The notes under the pieces: generated by a model
What the model saw: the letters and a program-made list of their open reading frames with translations, nothing else
The model's database searches: none
What the model was told of the DNA's origin: nothing
Shown here: positions 48,290 through 58,390 of the stretch, one piece after another
Numbering within the stretch: the stretch's first letter is position 1
How the letters are laid out: each line of letters starts with the position of its first letter
Made by a program: the position numbers and the translations under genes
DNA from: an uncultured Spirochaetaceae bacterium
GTDB taxonomy: Bacteria; Spirochaetota; Spirochaetia; Treponematales; Treponemataceae
Reading direction: 5' to 3'
Length of the DNA stretch: 64,000 bases
Assembly: GCA_902797305.1 (NCBI GenBank)
Contig: CADBSK010000138.1
Coordinates: 18,185 to 82,184 of the forward strand

Positions 48290-49594
48290 CTATTTTGTAA
48301 GAGTCCCATATGGGAGCCCAAGAAGATATTCTAGATTTAAGATTGTGCTGATAAGAGAATAAGCTTGATTCTGCAAGCTAACCTGACTTGAAAGTACATT
48401 GTCACTTGCACTCTGCAAAGTCAAAAAATCCGCCTTACCGTAATTGTATGCTGTTTTTGTCATGTTGTAAGACTGCTTTGCCAAATCTGCTGTCGCTTGT
48501 AAAGAAGCAACCTGTGCAATTCCCTGATTTATTTTACGAATGTAATTTTCTGTCTGGATTGCTACCGTTGTCTTAGTATTTTCTAACTGCATTTTTGCGT
48601 TTTCTACATTTACTTTGCTACTGGCAATTGAAGCAGCACCTGTAGACCATGGAAGATATCCGTCTAAGGGAATTGAAACTCCAATAGAAAGACTGTTTGT
48701 TGTGGAATCCGTAGTTGAATCTACAGCTCCAACGTAAGTTTGATTTTTTCCGTAATTATAAGTAGCACTTATTACCGGACCGTAAGCACTAAAACGACTT
48801 GCCAAAAGATTGTTCTGGGCAGTCTGAACATCGTATTCTGCAGAAACTACATCTGGAGCGGGAGTTGAACTTTCAGGGAGAGTAATCTTTTTTATCTTCA
48901 AGATTTCTTCAAGAGAACCATCGAGAACCAATTCTGTTTTCTGATCCAAACCAATCAACTGCTTAAAGGTCGCAAGGTCATTATTAAACTGTAATTCTAT
49001 ACTCTGAACCGTAGGAATTTTTTGTTCATAATTTACGCGACTCTGCATTACATCGAGTTCGCTGATCTGTCCGTTTTTGAACTTTTCCTGGTTCTGTTCG
49101 TACTGGCTTTTTGCTGTAGAAAGATTCTGTTTCTGAAGGCGGAGATTTTCCTGTTCATACAAAAGTGCGTAAAAACTTGTTCGTACAGATAATTCAATTT
49201 TGCGGCAGGTCTGTTCATAAGTTAACTTACCAGATTCATAAGCAATCTTTGCCCCGTTAATTGATGAAATAAGATTAGTAGATAGAGCCATGCTTACAGT
49301 TCCGGTAATTCCATAAGTCATACTATCATTTTCAAAATCGTCCATAAAAGAACCTTTTACTGAAACTGATGGACTTACACTATTCCATGAAAACGTATTT
49401 TTGGCTTTTAATAAATTCAGGGAGCCTTGAGAAGTTTTGATTGTAATATTGTTTTGATTGGCAAGGTTGACGGCGTCTTCAATTGTCAAAGTCTGTTTTT
49501 GCCCTTCCTGTGATACACAAAAAAAACCTGTCACCAGCATTATTGAAATGCTAAATAATTTCTTTAAAATTTTCATCGTATTTCCTTTAGTCAC
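48290..49594 (-). CDS. TolC-family outer membrane efflux protein
   Basis: LTIEDAVNLANQNN, FKNGQISELDV, YNYGKADFLTL; first gene of the RND operon; start may be MKILKK. Confidence 0.85.
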   Translation of the reverse strand: MTKGNTMKILKKLFSISIMLVTGFFCVSQEGQKQTLTIEDAVNLANQNNITIKTSQGSLNLLKAKNTFSWNSVSPSVSVKGSFMDDFENDSMTYGITGTVSMALSTNLISSINGAKIAYESGKLTYEQTCRKIELSVRTSFYALLYEQENLRLQKQNLSTAKSQYEQNQEKFKNGQISELDVMQSRVNYEQKIPTVQSIELQFNNDLATFKQLIGLDQKTELVLDGSLEEILKIKKITLPESSTPAPDVVSAEYDVQTAQNNLLASRFSAYGPVISATYNYGKNQTYVGAVDSTTDSTTNSLSIGVSIPLDGYLPWSTGAASIASSKVNVENAKMQLENTKTTVAIQTENYIRKINQGIAQVASLQATADLAKQSYNMTKTAYNYGKADFLTLQSASDNVLSSQVSLQNQAYSLISTILNLEYLLGLPYGTLTK

Positions 49595-49735
49595 TTTAAA
49601 AATAATAAAAAAAATGCAATGTTACAACGATTAAAAAGAAAAAAATGTTATAATAAATTTCTTCTTTTCATTTAATATCTTTTACCTAAACTAAGTTTAT
49701 TGTCTATCTACCTACTTTTATAGTATATTAAAAAT

Positions 49736-51547
49736 ATGAGCAGAGATGTTGTTTTTTCATGCGACGAAAATAATCCAGACGAACTCATAAAAGAATTCTT
49801 TGAAAAGTTTCCGTATTTTGAGGAACAGGACAAACAAAGAATACGGGAAGCCTGGGCTTATCTACTGCAAAAAAGCGACGGTGTTTCTCATTCCAGCGGT
49901 TCATCCTTTTTTGTACATGCCATGAGAGTTGCTTTTATCATTGCTCAGAACGAATTTGACACTGACTGCGTAATTGCTTCATTTTTTCATAATTATTATC
50001 TATTAAATATTTCAGATCAGGAAATAGAAGAAAAACTCGGGCCAACAGTAAAGCAGATAGTTACAGGAATAAGCAAAATCCGAACAATTTCTGTTAACAG
50101 CAAAACTCTTGTACAGGCTGATGCAATCCGCAAAATGCTTTTTGCCATGTCCGACGATATTCGCATCATTTTTATAAAAATCGCAGACCGTTTGGACCAC
50201 ATCAGAAACATCCGTAACCTTGAAAACGAAAAACAACGAGCTCTTGCAGCAGAGGTTATCGATATCTGGGCACCTCTTGCAGACCGTCTCGGTATGCAGC
50301 AGGTTAAAAACGAATTTGAAGACCTTAGTCTTAAATACACAAATCCTGCTGCCTTTCAACAAATAAAAGCTGTAATCAGCCAGAAAAAAGACGAAAGAGC
50401 TTCTTATTTGAATAATGCCGTTCAAAAAATACAGGATGAAGCTGATAAGGCAGGACTAAAAGTTACAATTACAAGTCGCGCCAAACATTTTTATTCAATT
50501 TATCAGAAGATGCGAAAACGCAATAAAGAACCTGGTGAACTTTATGACCTTCTTGCTTTAAGAATAATCTGTCAAAAAAATCAGGATTGCTACACCTTAA
50601 TTGGTATTGTACATTCCCTCTGGAAGCCTCTGGATGGTCGATTTAAGGACTATATCGCAATGCCAAAAGCCAACGGCTACCAGTCCCTGCACACTACTGT
50701 TATGTGTATTGACCGTCCCCTTGAGATACAGATTCGTACTCAAAAAATGCACGATATTGCAGAACACGGAGTTGCTTCTCACTGGCTCTATAAAAAAGGA
50801 ACAAATCATGATTTTGTAAATGCAAGTCAGCTGGGTATTTTTAATCAGCTTCAGCAGTTAAAAGACAAGCAGATGGAAGATGAAAGTTCGTTTAAGCAAT
50901 TTAAGGACGAACTTTTGGCCGATGAAATTGTTGTGTTTACTCCAAAAGGCGATGTTAAAAAACTTCCAATCGGCTCTACCGCCATTGACTTTGCATACTC
51001 CATTCACTCTGCAGTTGGAGAAAAAATCGTAGGTGCAAAGGCAGACGGAAAAATCATTCCCCTTACTCAAGAACTCAAAAATACTCAGATAATCGAGATT
51101 CTTACAAACCCTCAGGCTCATCCAACAGAAAACCAGTTAAAATACTGCAAAACCGGACGGGCAAGAAATAGAATTAACGCCTGGCTTGCTGCAAACGACC
51201 CAAACTTTATCGACAAAGCAGCTCAACAGCGTGAAAACGATTTAAATGCTGAAAAAAACGGAACTCACCAGACAGCCCCTATAGAGAAAAAAGGTCACCA
51301 TAAAGGTAATGGACAGAACAACGCCCTGCAGCAGCCTAAGGTTGAAAAAGTAAAGATTGGAAACACATCAAACTTTATGATTACCTTTGCCCAATGCTGC
51401 CATCCAACTTACCCGGACCCAATCGTAGGTTACGTAAGCCGCTACAAAGGCATCACCGTACATAAAGCAACCTGTCTCACTTTCCAGCGCATCCAGAACG
51501 TAGAAAAACGCACTGTTGAAATTGAATGGGATGAAACGAAAAACTAA
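49736..51547 (+). CDS. RelA/SpoT-family (p)ppGpp synthetase with degenerate HD motif and no ACT domain
   Basis: RAKHFYSIYQKM, RFKDYIAMPKANGYQSLHT, EIQIRT, TGS domain, CC..P..PIVGY..HKATC. Confidence 0.9.
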   Translation: MSRDVVFSCDENNPDELIKEFFEKFPYFEEQDKQRIREAWAYLLQKSDGVSHSSGSSFFVHAMRVAFIIAQNEFDTDCVIASFFHNYYLLNISDQEIEEKLGPTVKQIVTGISKIRTISVNSKTLVQADAIRKMLFAMSDDIRIIFIKIADRLDHIRNIRNLENEKQRALAAEVIDIWAPLADRLGMQQVKNEFEDLSLKYTNPAAFQQIKAVISQKKDERASYLNNAVQKIQDEADKAGLKVTITSRAKHFYSIYQKMRKRNKEPGELYDLLALRIICQKNQDCYTLIGIVHSLWKPLDGRFKDYIAMPKANGYQSLHTTVMCIDRPLEIQIRTQKMHDIAEHGVASHWLYKKGTNHDFVNASQLGIFNQLQQLKDKQMEDESSFKQFKDELLADEIVVFTPKGDVKKLPIGSTAIDFAYSIHSAVGEKIVGAKADGKIIPLTQELKNTQIIEILTNPQAHPTENQLKYCKTGRARNRINAWLAANDPNFIDKAAQQRENDLNAEKNGTHQTAPIEKKGHHKGNGQNNALQQPKVEKVKIGNTSNFMITFAQCCHPTYPDPIVGYVSRYKGITVHKATCLTFQRIQNVEKRTVEIEWDETKN

Positions 51548-51552
51548 TTTAT

Positions 51553-52161
51553 TTACATGTTGAAGTCTTTTATATATAAGTATAATCGATTAGCAATTTC
51601 TTTTGACAAACTTTCATTAGGATGGAAGAAATCAACTTTTTTTTCTAATTTTGAGAACTCTCCTTTCCAATATGAATCAAATAAATGAACATTTTCTTGA
51701 TTCGCTAAAGATTCATACATTTGTTTATACTCGATTAATAAATCCTTATTAAAACCTGAATTATTAATTTCAAACATTGAATCATCAATAAATGAGACAA
51801 TAATAATTGATTTGCACTTATTTTTTAGTATATCTATAATCTTTTGTAAATTTACAATAGTATCAGAAGCATCTTGATTCATTAAATAATCATTAGCACC
51901 CAATTCTAACAAAACACAATCATAATACTGAGTTAATTCTATTGAGGTAAATTCAAATAAAAATCGTTTTGATGTCAAACCAACATCAACATATGTATCA
52001 ATTATAAAATCAGATTTTTTTGATAAAATATTTTTGACAGATTCTTCTTTATCAATACCATAACCAGAAAGCAAACTATCACCTATGCATAATACATGCA
52101 TAGGCTTCGTCCTACAAGATGTTATAAATACCAGCAAAAATAAAAATAAATACTTTTTCAT
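51553..52161 (-). CDS. SGNH/GDSL hydrolase lipoprotein (AT-rich)
   Basis: GDSLLSG, LGAND, DFFHPN; lipobox ITSC. Confidence 0.8.
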   Translation of the reverse strand: MKKYLFLFLLVFITSCRTKPMHVLCIGDSLLSGYGIDKEESVKNILSKKSDFIIDTYVDVGLTSKRFLFEFTSIELTQYYDCVLLELGANDYLMNQDASDTIVNLQKIIDILKNKCKSIIIVSFIDDSMFEINNSGFNKDLLIEYKQMYESLANQENVHLFDSYWKGEFSKLEKKVDFFHPNESLSKEIANRLYLYIKDFNM

Positions 52162-52916
52162 TAATCTAATGGAATAAATTTTGCAGATGTATTTTTTAAA
52201 TTTCTTACATAGACTTCATTTGTTTCCAATTTGTATAATCTATGATTATAATTAAATTTTGAAAAATATGCATTTTTATTACTGATCGACTTTTCATCCG
52301 ATTCAATTCCAACATTTATCCAAGGATCTACAAATATACATTCACTTATCTTTAAATCTCGCGCTGATTTTGAACAAGAATTACTTTCAGAAGCACAGTA
52401 TTTCCAACTATACACCAATGATGAATTTTCCACTGTTCCATCATTATAATATACAGGATAAATATCATTTACTTCATAACCTTGAGTTTGTAAATAGTTT
52501 TTACATTCATTAGGAGTCATAATTACCAACTTATCTGATTTCTCTGATAATAAATTTGCACCTTCCCTAAATTTTCCTGTTTTGGCATCAATTGTTGCTA
52601 ATGCAACAACTTGACCACTAGGTAAAACTCCAGAAACTAAATAATAATCCATGTTCCCATTATTATGTTCTCCAGCAGAAATATCTTCTACTAAAAACAC
52701 ATCGCCCCATGTTACATCCTTAACTCTCTCATCATATTTTGGAGAATCTATCACATAAAACTGCTGATAGTACTCAGATTCCATTATTTCTTTTGAAACA
52801 ATTTCTTTTACGCTTTCAACAGAAATATAATCATTTATTGTACTTTTTTTATTATTTACACTATGGCATGATAAAAAAATTAAACAGAATAATAGTAAAA
52901 CAGAAAAATTACGCAT
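52161..52916 (-). CDS. Hypothetical lipoprotein (AT-rich)
   Basis: Start moved to MRNFSVLL with a GGAG RBS; lipobox FLSC. Confidence 0.65.
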   Translation of the reverse strand: MRNFSVLLLFCLIFLSCHSVNNKKSTINDYISVESVKEIVSKEIMESEYYQQFYVIDSPKYDERVKDVTWGDVFLVEDISAGEHNNGNMDYYLVSGVLPSGQVVALATIDAKTGKFREGANLLSEKSDKLVIMTPNECKNYLQTQGYEVNDIYPVYYNDGTVENSSLVYSWKYCASESNSCSKSARDLKISECIFVDPWINVGIESDEKSISNKNAYFSKFNYNHRLYKLETNEVYVRNLKNTSAKFIPLD

Positions 52917-52984
52917 TAGTATTCTCCAAAATAAATATTTAAGAACAAAACACATTAGAACAGAAGCAGGCACGCACCAAGTCG

Positions 52985-53061
52985 AATACGTCGAGTCAAG
53001 GCACGCGTACGCTTAAAGCCTTGACCTCGCCGTTTTTAGGGTTTGTAATAAACCCTAAATA
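52985..53061. repeat. Multi-hairpin repeated element, truncated copy 2
   Basis: Near-identical to 10594-10671. Confidence 0.75.
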
Positions 53062-53113
53062 AGCCTGGTATACCAATGGTATATCAGAGGTAAAAAATCA
53101 AGATAGCAAATTC

Positions 53114-54019
53114 CTAATAATACACAACTTTGATGCTGCAATCTTTTGTTTTTTCATTTACATGAAGAACAGCATATCCGTATTTTTCGAGAAAACCGGG
53201 AACATTGCGTTCAATAAAATAGCCAAAGTCTGAAGTTCTATCTTTATGCGTATGACCGTCTACAAAAAGAACTGTATTCGTTCGGGCACAGGTGGAAATC
53301 AACAGGTTTCGCTCTTCTGTATTCTGCATTACAAAATACAGATTATCTTCTGCGTATACAGGAATATGAGTAAACACTAATTTCTGCTTGTCATCGTGAA
53401 TCATTTTTGAACGAAGTTCATCGTATTGATATCCACCCAAGGTTCCACTTGCAGAATCCAAAAAATACCAGCTGAAAGAAGGAGTTTCAAACTTGTAAAA
53501 ACTTGTATTAGGATAATTGTAATAAGCCCAGTGATACCAGCCGGAATTATAAAGGTCATGATTACCAACTACGCTATAAAGTTTAATATTGTAATCGTTT
53601 TCAAAACGATCTTTTACAAGCTCATTAAACCTGATAAATTCATCCTCATAGCCGTGTTCTGCAACATCTCCAAGGCATAAAGCAAATTTTGTAGTATCGG
53701 CAAGAGATTTACCTGTTTCCGAATTCACTTTTTCTATCTGCGCAAAAAAATCGTCTTCCCGTCGTGGACCATTTTTTCCTTTATTTTCGTTTCCAATATG
53801 TACATCGGTAATTATGATTACATCGTATTCATCATCTTCTGTAACAGAGTTTATTACTTCTTCATTATCTAAAAGTTTGATATTGGTTGCCCGTGACTCA
53901 ACTTTCATAAGGCGGGCAAAACCTTCATTCAAACTATACTTTTCAATGCCACATCCCATAAAGACTGATGTTACCACAGATATAATTAAAACCTGAAATA
54001 AAAATGCAAACTTTTTCAA
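53114..54019 (-). CDS. Calcineurin-like metallophosphoesterase lipoprotein
   Basis: TDVHIG, LGDVA, VGNHD, FTHIP, DGHTH; lipobox FMGC. Confidence 0.85.
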   Translation of the reverse strand: MKKFAFLFQVLIISVVTSVFMGCGIEKYSLNEGFARLMKVESRATNIKLLDNEEVINSVTEDDEYDVIIITDVHIGNENKGKNGPRREDDFFAQIEKVNSETGKSLADTTKFALCLGDVAEHGYEDEFIRFNELVKDRFENDYNIKLYSVVGNHDLYNSGWYHWAYYNYPNTSFYKFETPSFSWYFLDSASGTLGGYQYDELRSKMIHDDKQKLVFTHIPVYAEDNLYFVMQNTEERNLLISTCARTNTVLFVDGHTHKDRTSDFGYFIERNVPGFLEKYGYAVLHVNEKTKDCSIKVVYY

Positions 54020-54889
54020 TTAAAACCTCCAGCAAATAGATGCGCCCGTTGTAAAACGGTTAAGATTTGCACTCAAAGTAAACATATCTACATACTGAAT
54101 TTCTGCAAATAACCTTGCATCATAGTGCTCATTGGCACTGTATTTTAATCCAAGAGTCATGTTTGGGCTAAAAAATAAGTAATACTTAAAAAAGTTATAA
54201 CTGGAAAATGTTAAATCAATAGATAATTCCGGGATAATATGAAAATTAAAGGTCAGATTAAATGCAGGACAATTACTTATAACCGATGGAACTTTATCAG
54301 CAATTGCGTATATTGTAGTCGATTTAAACTGGTACATAAAATCAAAGAAAAAATCTAACCAGTTAAATGGCTTATAGGCAATGTGAGGACCTACAAGAAA
54401 ATCAAACTCAAGATACTCATCATAATAAAAGCTCAAGTGATTGATTAGCGTAATGCCTGGACTGAATCTGTTCCATAAGGTAGGTGCATACACACCCCAG
54501 TATGTTAAATCAAACTTCTTAAAGTCAAAACGTAAACCAGCGATATTCTGCAATTCTTTCATATCAGACTTTAGAATTATATCCAGCCCGATAGTGTACT
54601 GAACAAAATTGTGGTAGTTAGTGATAATTGCCTGACCTAAAAGGCTCCATTCAGCTTTTGGTGTAAACCAGTTAATTATTGAGTCATTCTTGCTTACTTC
54701 TGATAACACAGTTTCATTAAATGAAATTGTGTTATCTACTGAAACAGTTTCATTTAATGAAACTGTTTCAGTAGATAACACTTTTTCTTTGTTAACCGAG
54801 GTATCGTCAGTAAAAGCAGAAACTTCCTGTGAATATCCATTCCATACTAGAAATAAAAATAATAAAAAAACAGATACGCTCTTTTTCAT
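54020..54889 (-). CDS. Hypothetical secreted protein, possible outer-membrane beta-barrel
   Basis: Signal peptide, alternating aromatic strands, C-terminal CWRF. Confidence 0.55.
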   Translation of the reverse strand: MKKSVSVFLLFLFLVWNGYSQEVSAFTDDTSVNKEKVLSTETVSLNETVSVDNTISFNETVLSEVSKNDSIINWFTPKAEWSLLGQAIITNYHNFVQYTIGLDIILKSDMKELQNIAGLRFDFKKFDLTYWGVYAPTLWNRFSPGITLINHLSFYYDEYLEFDFLVGPHIAYKPFNWLDFFFDFMYQFKSTTIYAIADKVPSVISNCPAFNLTFNFHIIPELSIDLTFSSYNFFKYYLFFSPNMTLGLKYSANEHYDARLFAEIQYVDMFTLSANLNRFTTGASICWRF

Positions 54890-54916
54890 GAAAACCTCTA
54901 TTTTCTTAAGCCAAAA

Positions 54917-56380
54917 TTATCTTCCAGAGTCTCTTATTATTCCCGACTGGTACTCAGGGTCTTCAATACGAATTAGAGCTCCGTCCTGCAATGGTTCTTT
55001 TGTGTATAGAACGCAAGGATGACTGTCACAAACCCAGGTGCGTACACAGCCTGTTTCCGGTTCTACCAGCATCCAGTCTCCAGCCTTAGCTTTTGTTGCA
55101 ACAACGTCAGGAGAAATAAACTCTATCGGGTCTCCCTGATTTATCATATTTAATGCTACAAGATTATACATCGACCAGCCATCCTTTGGTTCTACGGCAG
55201 GTGGATTTCTATCTGGATGAATTTCAAAATCCTTAAGACGGGCTTCGCGAGCTTTTGGATGCATAGCTTCTAATTCATCATTGATTTTTTTGGTGGAGTC
55301 TTTTCCGTTTTGTATTACCTGCGCCACTTCTTCATCAGAAAGTTTGTGAGTCAATTCTGCGGCGAGAATATAGCGGCTGTCAGTTGCGCCACTAACAGTT
55401 TTATCAGCTTCACTGGCATTGTAATAAAAACCGGTACAGCTTTCGCGATGGCTTACATTTTCAAGTTCTGCGATAAAAGGATCTGCTTCTGCCTGAGAGA
55501 TTTTTCCCTGAACGGCGTCGAGAGCTTTGCGGTATGCACGGGTTACGAGAGCAACATAATAAACACTCTTCATTCTTCCTTCTATTTTCAAGGAATCTAC
55601 TCCGGCATCAACCATATCTTTAAGGTGCTCAATCATTCTAAGGTCTTTGCTGGATAGAACAGCTGTAAAATCGTCGCCTTCAAAGATCGGAAAATATTCT
55701 CCAGGACGTTTTTTCTCCTGAAGAACAAGAGCCCCAGATTTAGCAATTTCTTTTGCCTTGGTTGGGTCAACAAGAACATCGTAATCCCATCTGCAGCTGT
55801 GACTGCATGCTCCTAGCTGGGCACTTCGGCCAGACATATATGCACTCATCAAACAGCGGCCGGCATAGGCGATACACATTGCTCCGTGACAAAAGGCCTC
55901 AAGTTCCATATCAGGAACGGCATCCTTTATCTCTCGAATTTCTTTGATGCTTATTTCACGGCCAAGAACAACTCTCTTAAAGCCCATTGATTTATACATC
56001 TTTACAGCTTCACGGTTTACACAACTTGCCTGGGTACTAACATGAAGTTCTGCTTCTGGAAAATGCTTTTGCAAAATTGGAACCATTCCAATATCCTGAA
56101 CGATAAACGCATCAATGGGATACTGCTTAAAGTAATCCAAATTTGCTAAAAAGTTGTCTATGTCGCGGTTATGAAAAGAAATATTTAAGGCACAGTGAAG
56201 TCTCTTTCCAGGAAACTGTTTTTTTAGTTCAATTACTTTCTTATATTCATCATCGTAAAAGTTATCAGCCTTTACACGAAGTGAAAAACGTTTTAGACCA
56301 ATATAGGCTGCATCTGCCCCATAAGCCCATGCGTAATATAATTTTTCAACATTTCCTGCTGGAGAAAGAAGTTCTATCAT
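54917..56380 (-). CDS. U32-family protein (TrhP/YegQ-like tRNA hydroxylase)
   Basis: ELLSPAG, HVSTQA, HGAMCIAYAGRCLMS..GACSHSCRW, SLKIEGRMKS. Confidence 0.88.
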   Translation of the reverse strand: MIELLSPAGNVEKLYYAWAYGADAAYIGLKRFSLRVKADNFYDDEYKKVIELKKQFPGKRLHCALNISFHNRDIDNFLANLDYFKQYPIDAFIVQDIGMVPILQKHFPEAELHVSTQASCVNREAVKMYKSMGFKRVVLGREISIKEIREIKDAVPDMELEAFCHGAMCIAYAGRCLMSAYMSGRSAQLGACSHSCRWDYDVLVDPTKAKEIAKSGALVLQEKKRPGEYFPIFEGDDFTAVLSSKDLRMIEHLKDMVDAGVDSLKIEGRMKSVYYVALVTRAYRKALDAVQGKISQAEADPFIAELENVSHRESCTGFYYNASEADKTVSGATDSRYILAAELTHKLSDEEVAQVIQNGKDSTKKINDELEAMHPKAREARLKDFEIHPDRNPPAVEPKDGWSMYNLVALNMINQGDPIEFISPDVVATKAKAGDWMLVEPETGCVRTWVCDSHPCVLYTKEPLQDGALIRIEDPEYQSGIIRDSGR

Positions 56381-57396
56381 GCCTCTGCCCTTAAACTATG
56401 TTCCAAAATCGGTTTATTTTCAAAACTCTGTCTCTCTACATTTTGATTATCTATACCACTGATTACAGAGCTAAATTTATCTAAAGCCTTATGCGCATCA
56501 GCAAGATATTCTTCTGCCATCTGAAAAAAATGAGGCATATCAGGCCACAAATCGATTTCGCATTCTGCACCGTTTTCCAAAAGGCGTTTCTTAAATGTAT
56601 TAGCATCGTCCACAAGGATTTCTTTCTGTCCCATCTGAATATAAACCGGAGGAAAGCCTTTTAAAAACTCATCCGCTGCAAACACCGGCGAAATGAGCGG
56701 GTTTTCCAGGTTAGATTCGTAGGTATATACCTGACCGGAACTGGCAAGAATTTCGCCAGAAAGGACTTCGTCCTGAACTTTTTTTCCAGTTATCACAGGA
56801 CTTTGAGAACTCAAATTAAGCCACGGAGAAAACAAAACAATCTTTTTTATGCAGGCCCGGTATCTTTCCCGCAAATTCAAAATAAGCGAAAGAGCAATGC
56901 TTGCACCGGCACCATCTGCAGCGATAATAACTTCTGGCATTGTTGTTACAGAATTGCCGTCTTCATCTACATCACCATCCAGCGAGCGCTGAATCTGTTC
57001 TTCTGTAAAAAGAGCTCTAAAAGAAGCCTGAATATCTTCTACAGCTGATGGAAAAGCATAGGTCGGAGCTAAACGGTATTCCGGAACAACAGTTCGGCTG
57101 TATGCCTTATTTGCCAGCATAGAACAAAAGCAACGATAGCTTGCTCTGGATCCGCCAACAAAACTTCCTCCATGCACATAGAACAAAATCCTTTTAGAAG
57201 AATAAATCTCTGGAGTCAAAACATCACATTTTACACCACCATAGTCGTGTTCCGAGCGTTCTACATGATTAGGCAAAAAAGAAATATTATATTCGTCTTC
57301 TATTTTCTTTCTAAAAACATTTGCATTTACTTTTGAATTATAAGCGAGTAATCGTAATTTTTTTATTGCGGCTTTGCGGTTATCATTTGCTGACAT
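56377..57396 (-). CDS. Alpha/beta hydrolase (HSL-like) lacking the catalytic Ser
   Basis: HGGSF, EYRLAP..FP, ADGAG instead of GDSAG, LFSPW; start taken as MSANDNRK. Confidence 0.75.
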   Translation of the reverse strand: MSANDNRKAAIKKLRLLAYNSKVNANVFRKKIEDEYNISFLPNHVERSEHDYGGVKCDVLTPEIYSSKRILFYVHGGSFVGGSRASYRCFCSMLANKAYSRTVVPEYRLAPTYAFPSAVEDIQASFRALFTEEQIQRSLDGDVDEDGNSVTTMPEVIIAADGAGASIALSLILNLRERYRACIKKIVLFSPWLNLSSQSPVITGKKVQDEVLSGEILASSGQVYTYESNLENPLISPVFAADEFLKGFPPVYIQMGQKEILVDDANTFKKRLLENGAECEIDLWPDMPHFFQMAEEYLADAHKALDKFSSVISGIDNQNVERQSFENKPILEHSLRAEA

Positions 57397-57472
57397 ATTG
57401 TAAGTATAGCAACTAAAGCTTTTTTTTGCTATATTAGAACAAATCATCTCTCGTTGTAGAAAAGGTGTACTT

Positions 57473-58384
57473 ATGCCAATTAAAATTCATTCAGATTTAC
57501 CTGCAAGAGGAATCCTCGAACAAGAAAACATTTTTATAATGACAGAAACCCGGGCAGAAACTCAGGAAATCAGACCTCTTAGAGTTGCAATTGTAAATCT
57601 AATGCCTACCCGAGAAACAACAGAGACTCAAATACTCAGACTTTTAAGTAACACACCTCTCCAGATAGAAATCAGTCTTATCAGAATGGAACATCACGAC
57701 TACAAAAATACAGGAACCGACTATCTGGACAAGTTTTATATTCCTTCAAGCGAATTATTAAAAAGAAATTACGATGGAATGATTGTTACAGGAGCACCTG
57801 TTGAGCAGCTTCCGTTTGAACAAGTTGATTATTGGGAAGAATTATGCAAAATCATGGACTACGCAGATAAGCATGTTTTCTCTTCTCTGTATCTTTGCTG
57901 GGGTGCTTTTGCAGGTTTGTACCATCTTCATGGAGTAAAAAAACATCCAACAAATCAAAAAATCTTTGGAATATATCCAAACCAGCGTAGTGTTCCTTCT
58001 GACCCTCTTTTAAGAGGCTTTGATGATGTTTTTCCTATTCCACAGAGCAGACATACAACTATTATAGAAGAAGAAATTCTTGCAAAACCGGAATTAACTG
58101 TTCTTGCTCATAACAAAGACATTGGACCTACTTTGATTAAGTCCAACGATAACCGCGAGATTTTTATGACTGGCCATCTCGAGTACGATTCTACAACTCT
58201 TGGAACAGAATACTGGAGAGATAAATCAAAGGATTTACCGATTAACATTCCTTGCAATTACTATCCGGAAAACAATCCTGAAAAACAACCGGTTTCAACC
58301 TGGCGAAGTACAGCTCACCTTTTCTTTAGCAACTGGCTCAACTATTATGTATACCAGGAAACCCCTTACAACTTTACAAACTAA
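57473..58384 (+). CDS. metA: Homoserine O-acyltransferase (MetA family; GAPVE suggests acetyltransferase)
   Basis: NLMP, DGMIVTGAPVE, CWGA, PQSRHT, GHLEY, FSNWLNYYVYQETPY. Confidence 0.93.
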   Translation: MPIKIHSDLPARGILEQENIFIMTETRAETQEIRPLRVAIVNLMPTRETTETQILRLLSNTPLQIEISLIRMEHHDYKNTGTDYLDKFYIPSSELLKRNYDGMIVTGAPVEQLPFEQVDYWEELCKIMDYADKHVFSSLYLCWGAFAGLYHLHGVKKHPTNQKIFGIYPNQRSVPSDPLLRGFDDVFPIPQSRHTTIIEEEILAKPELTVLAHNKDIGPTLIKSNDNREIFMTGHLEYDSTTLGTEYWRDKSKDLPINIPCNYYPENNPEKQPVSTWRSTAHLFFSNWLNYYVYQETPYNFTN

Positions 58385-58390
58385 TCAAAT

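Noticed and set aside
54690-55022. 110 aa plus-strand ORF resembling the minus-strand protein
   Set aside because: The similarity is a by-product of the palindromic DNA.
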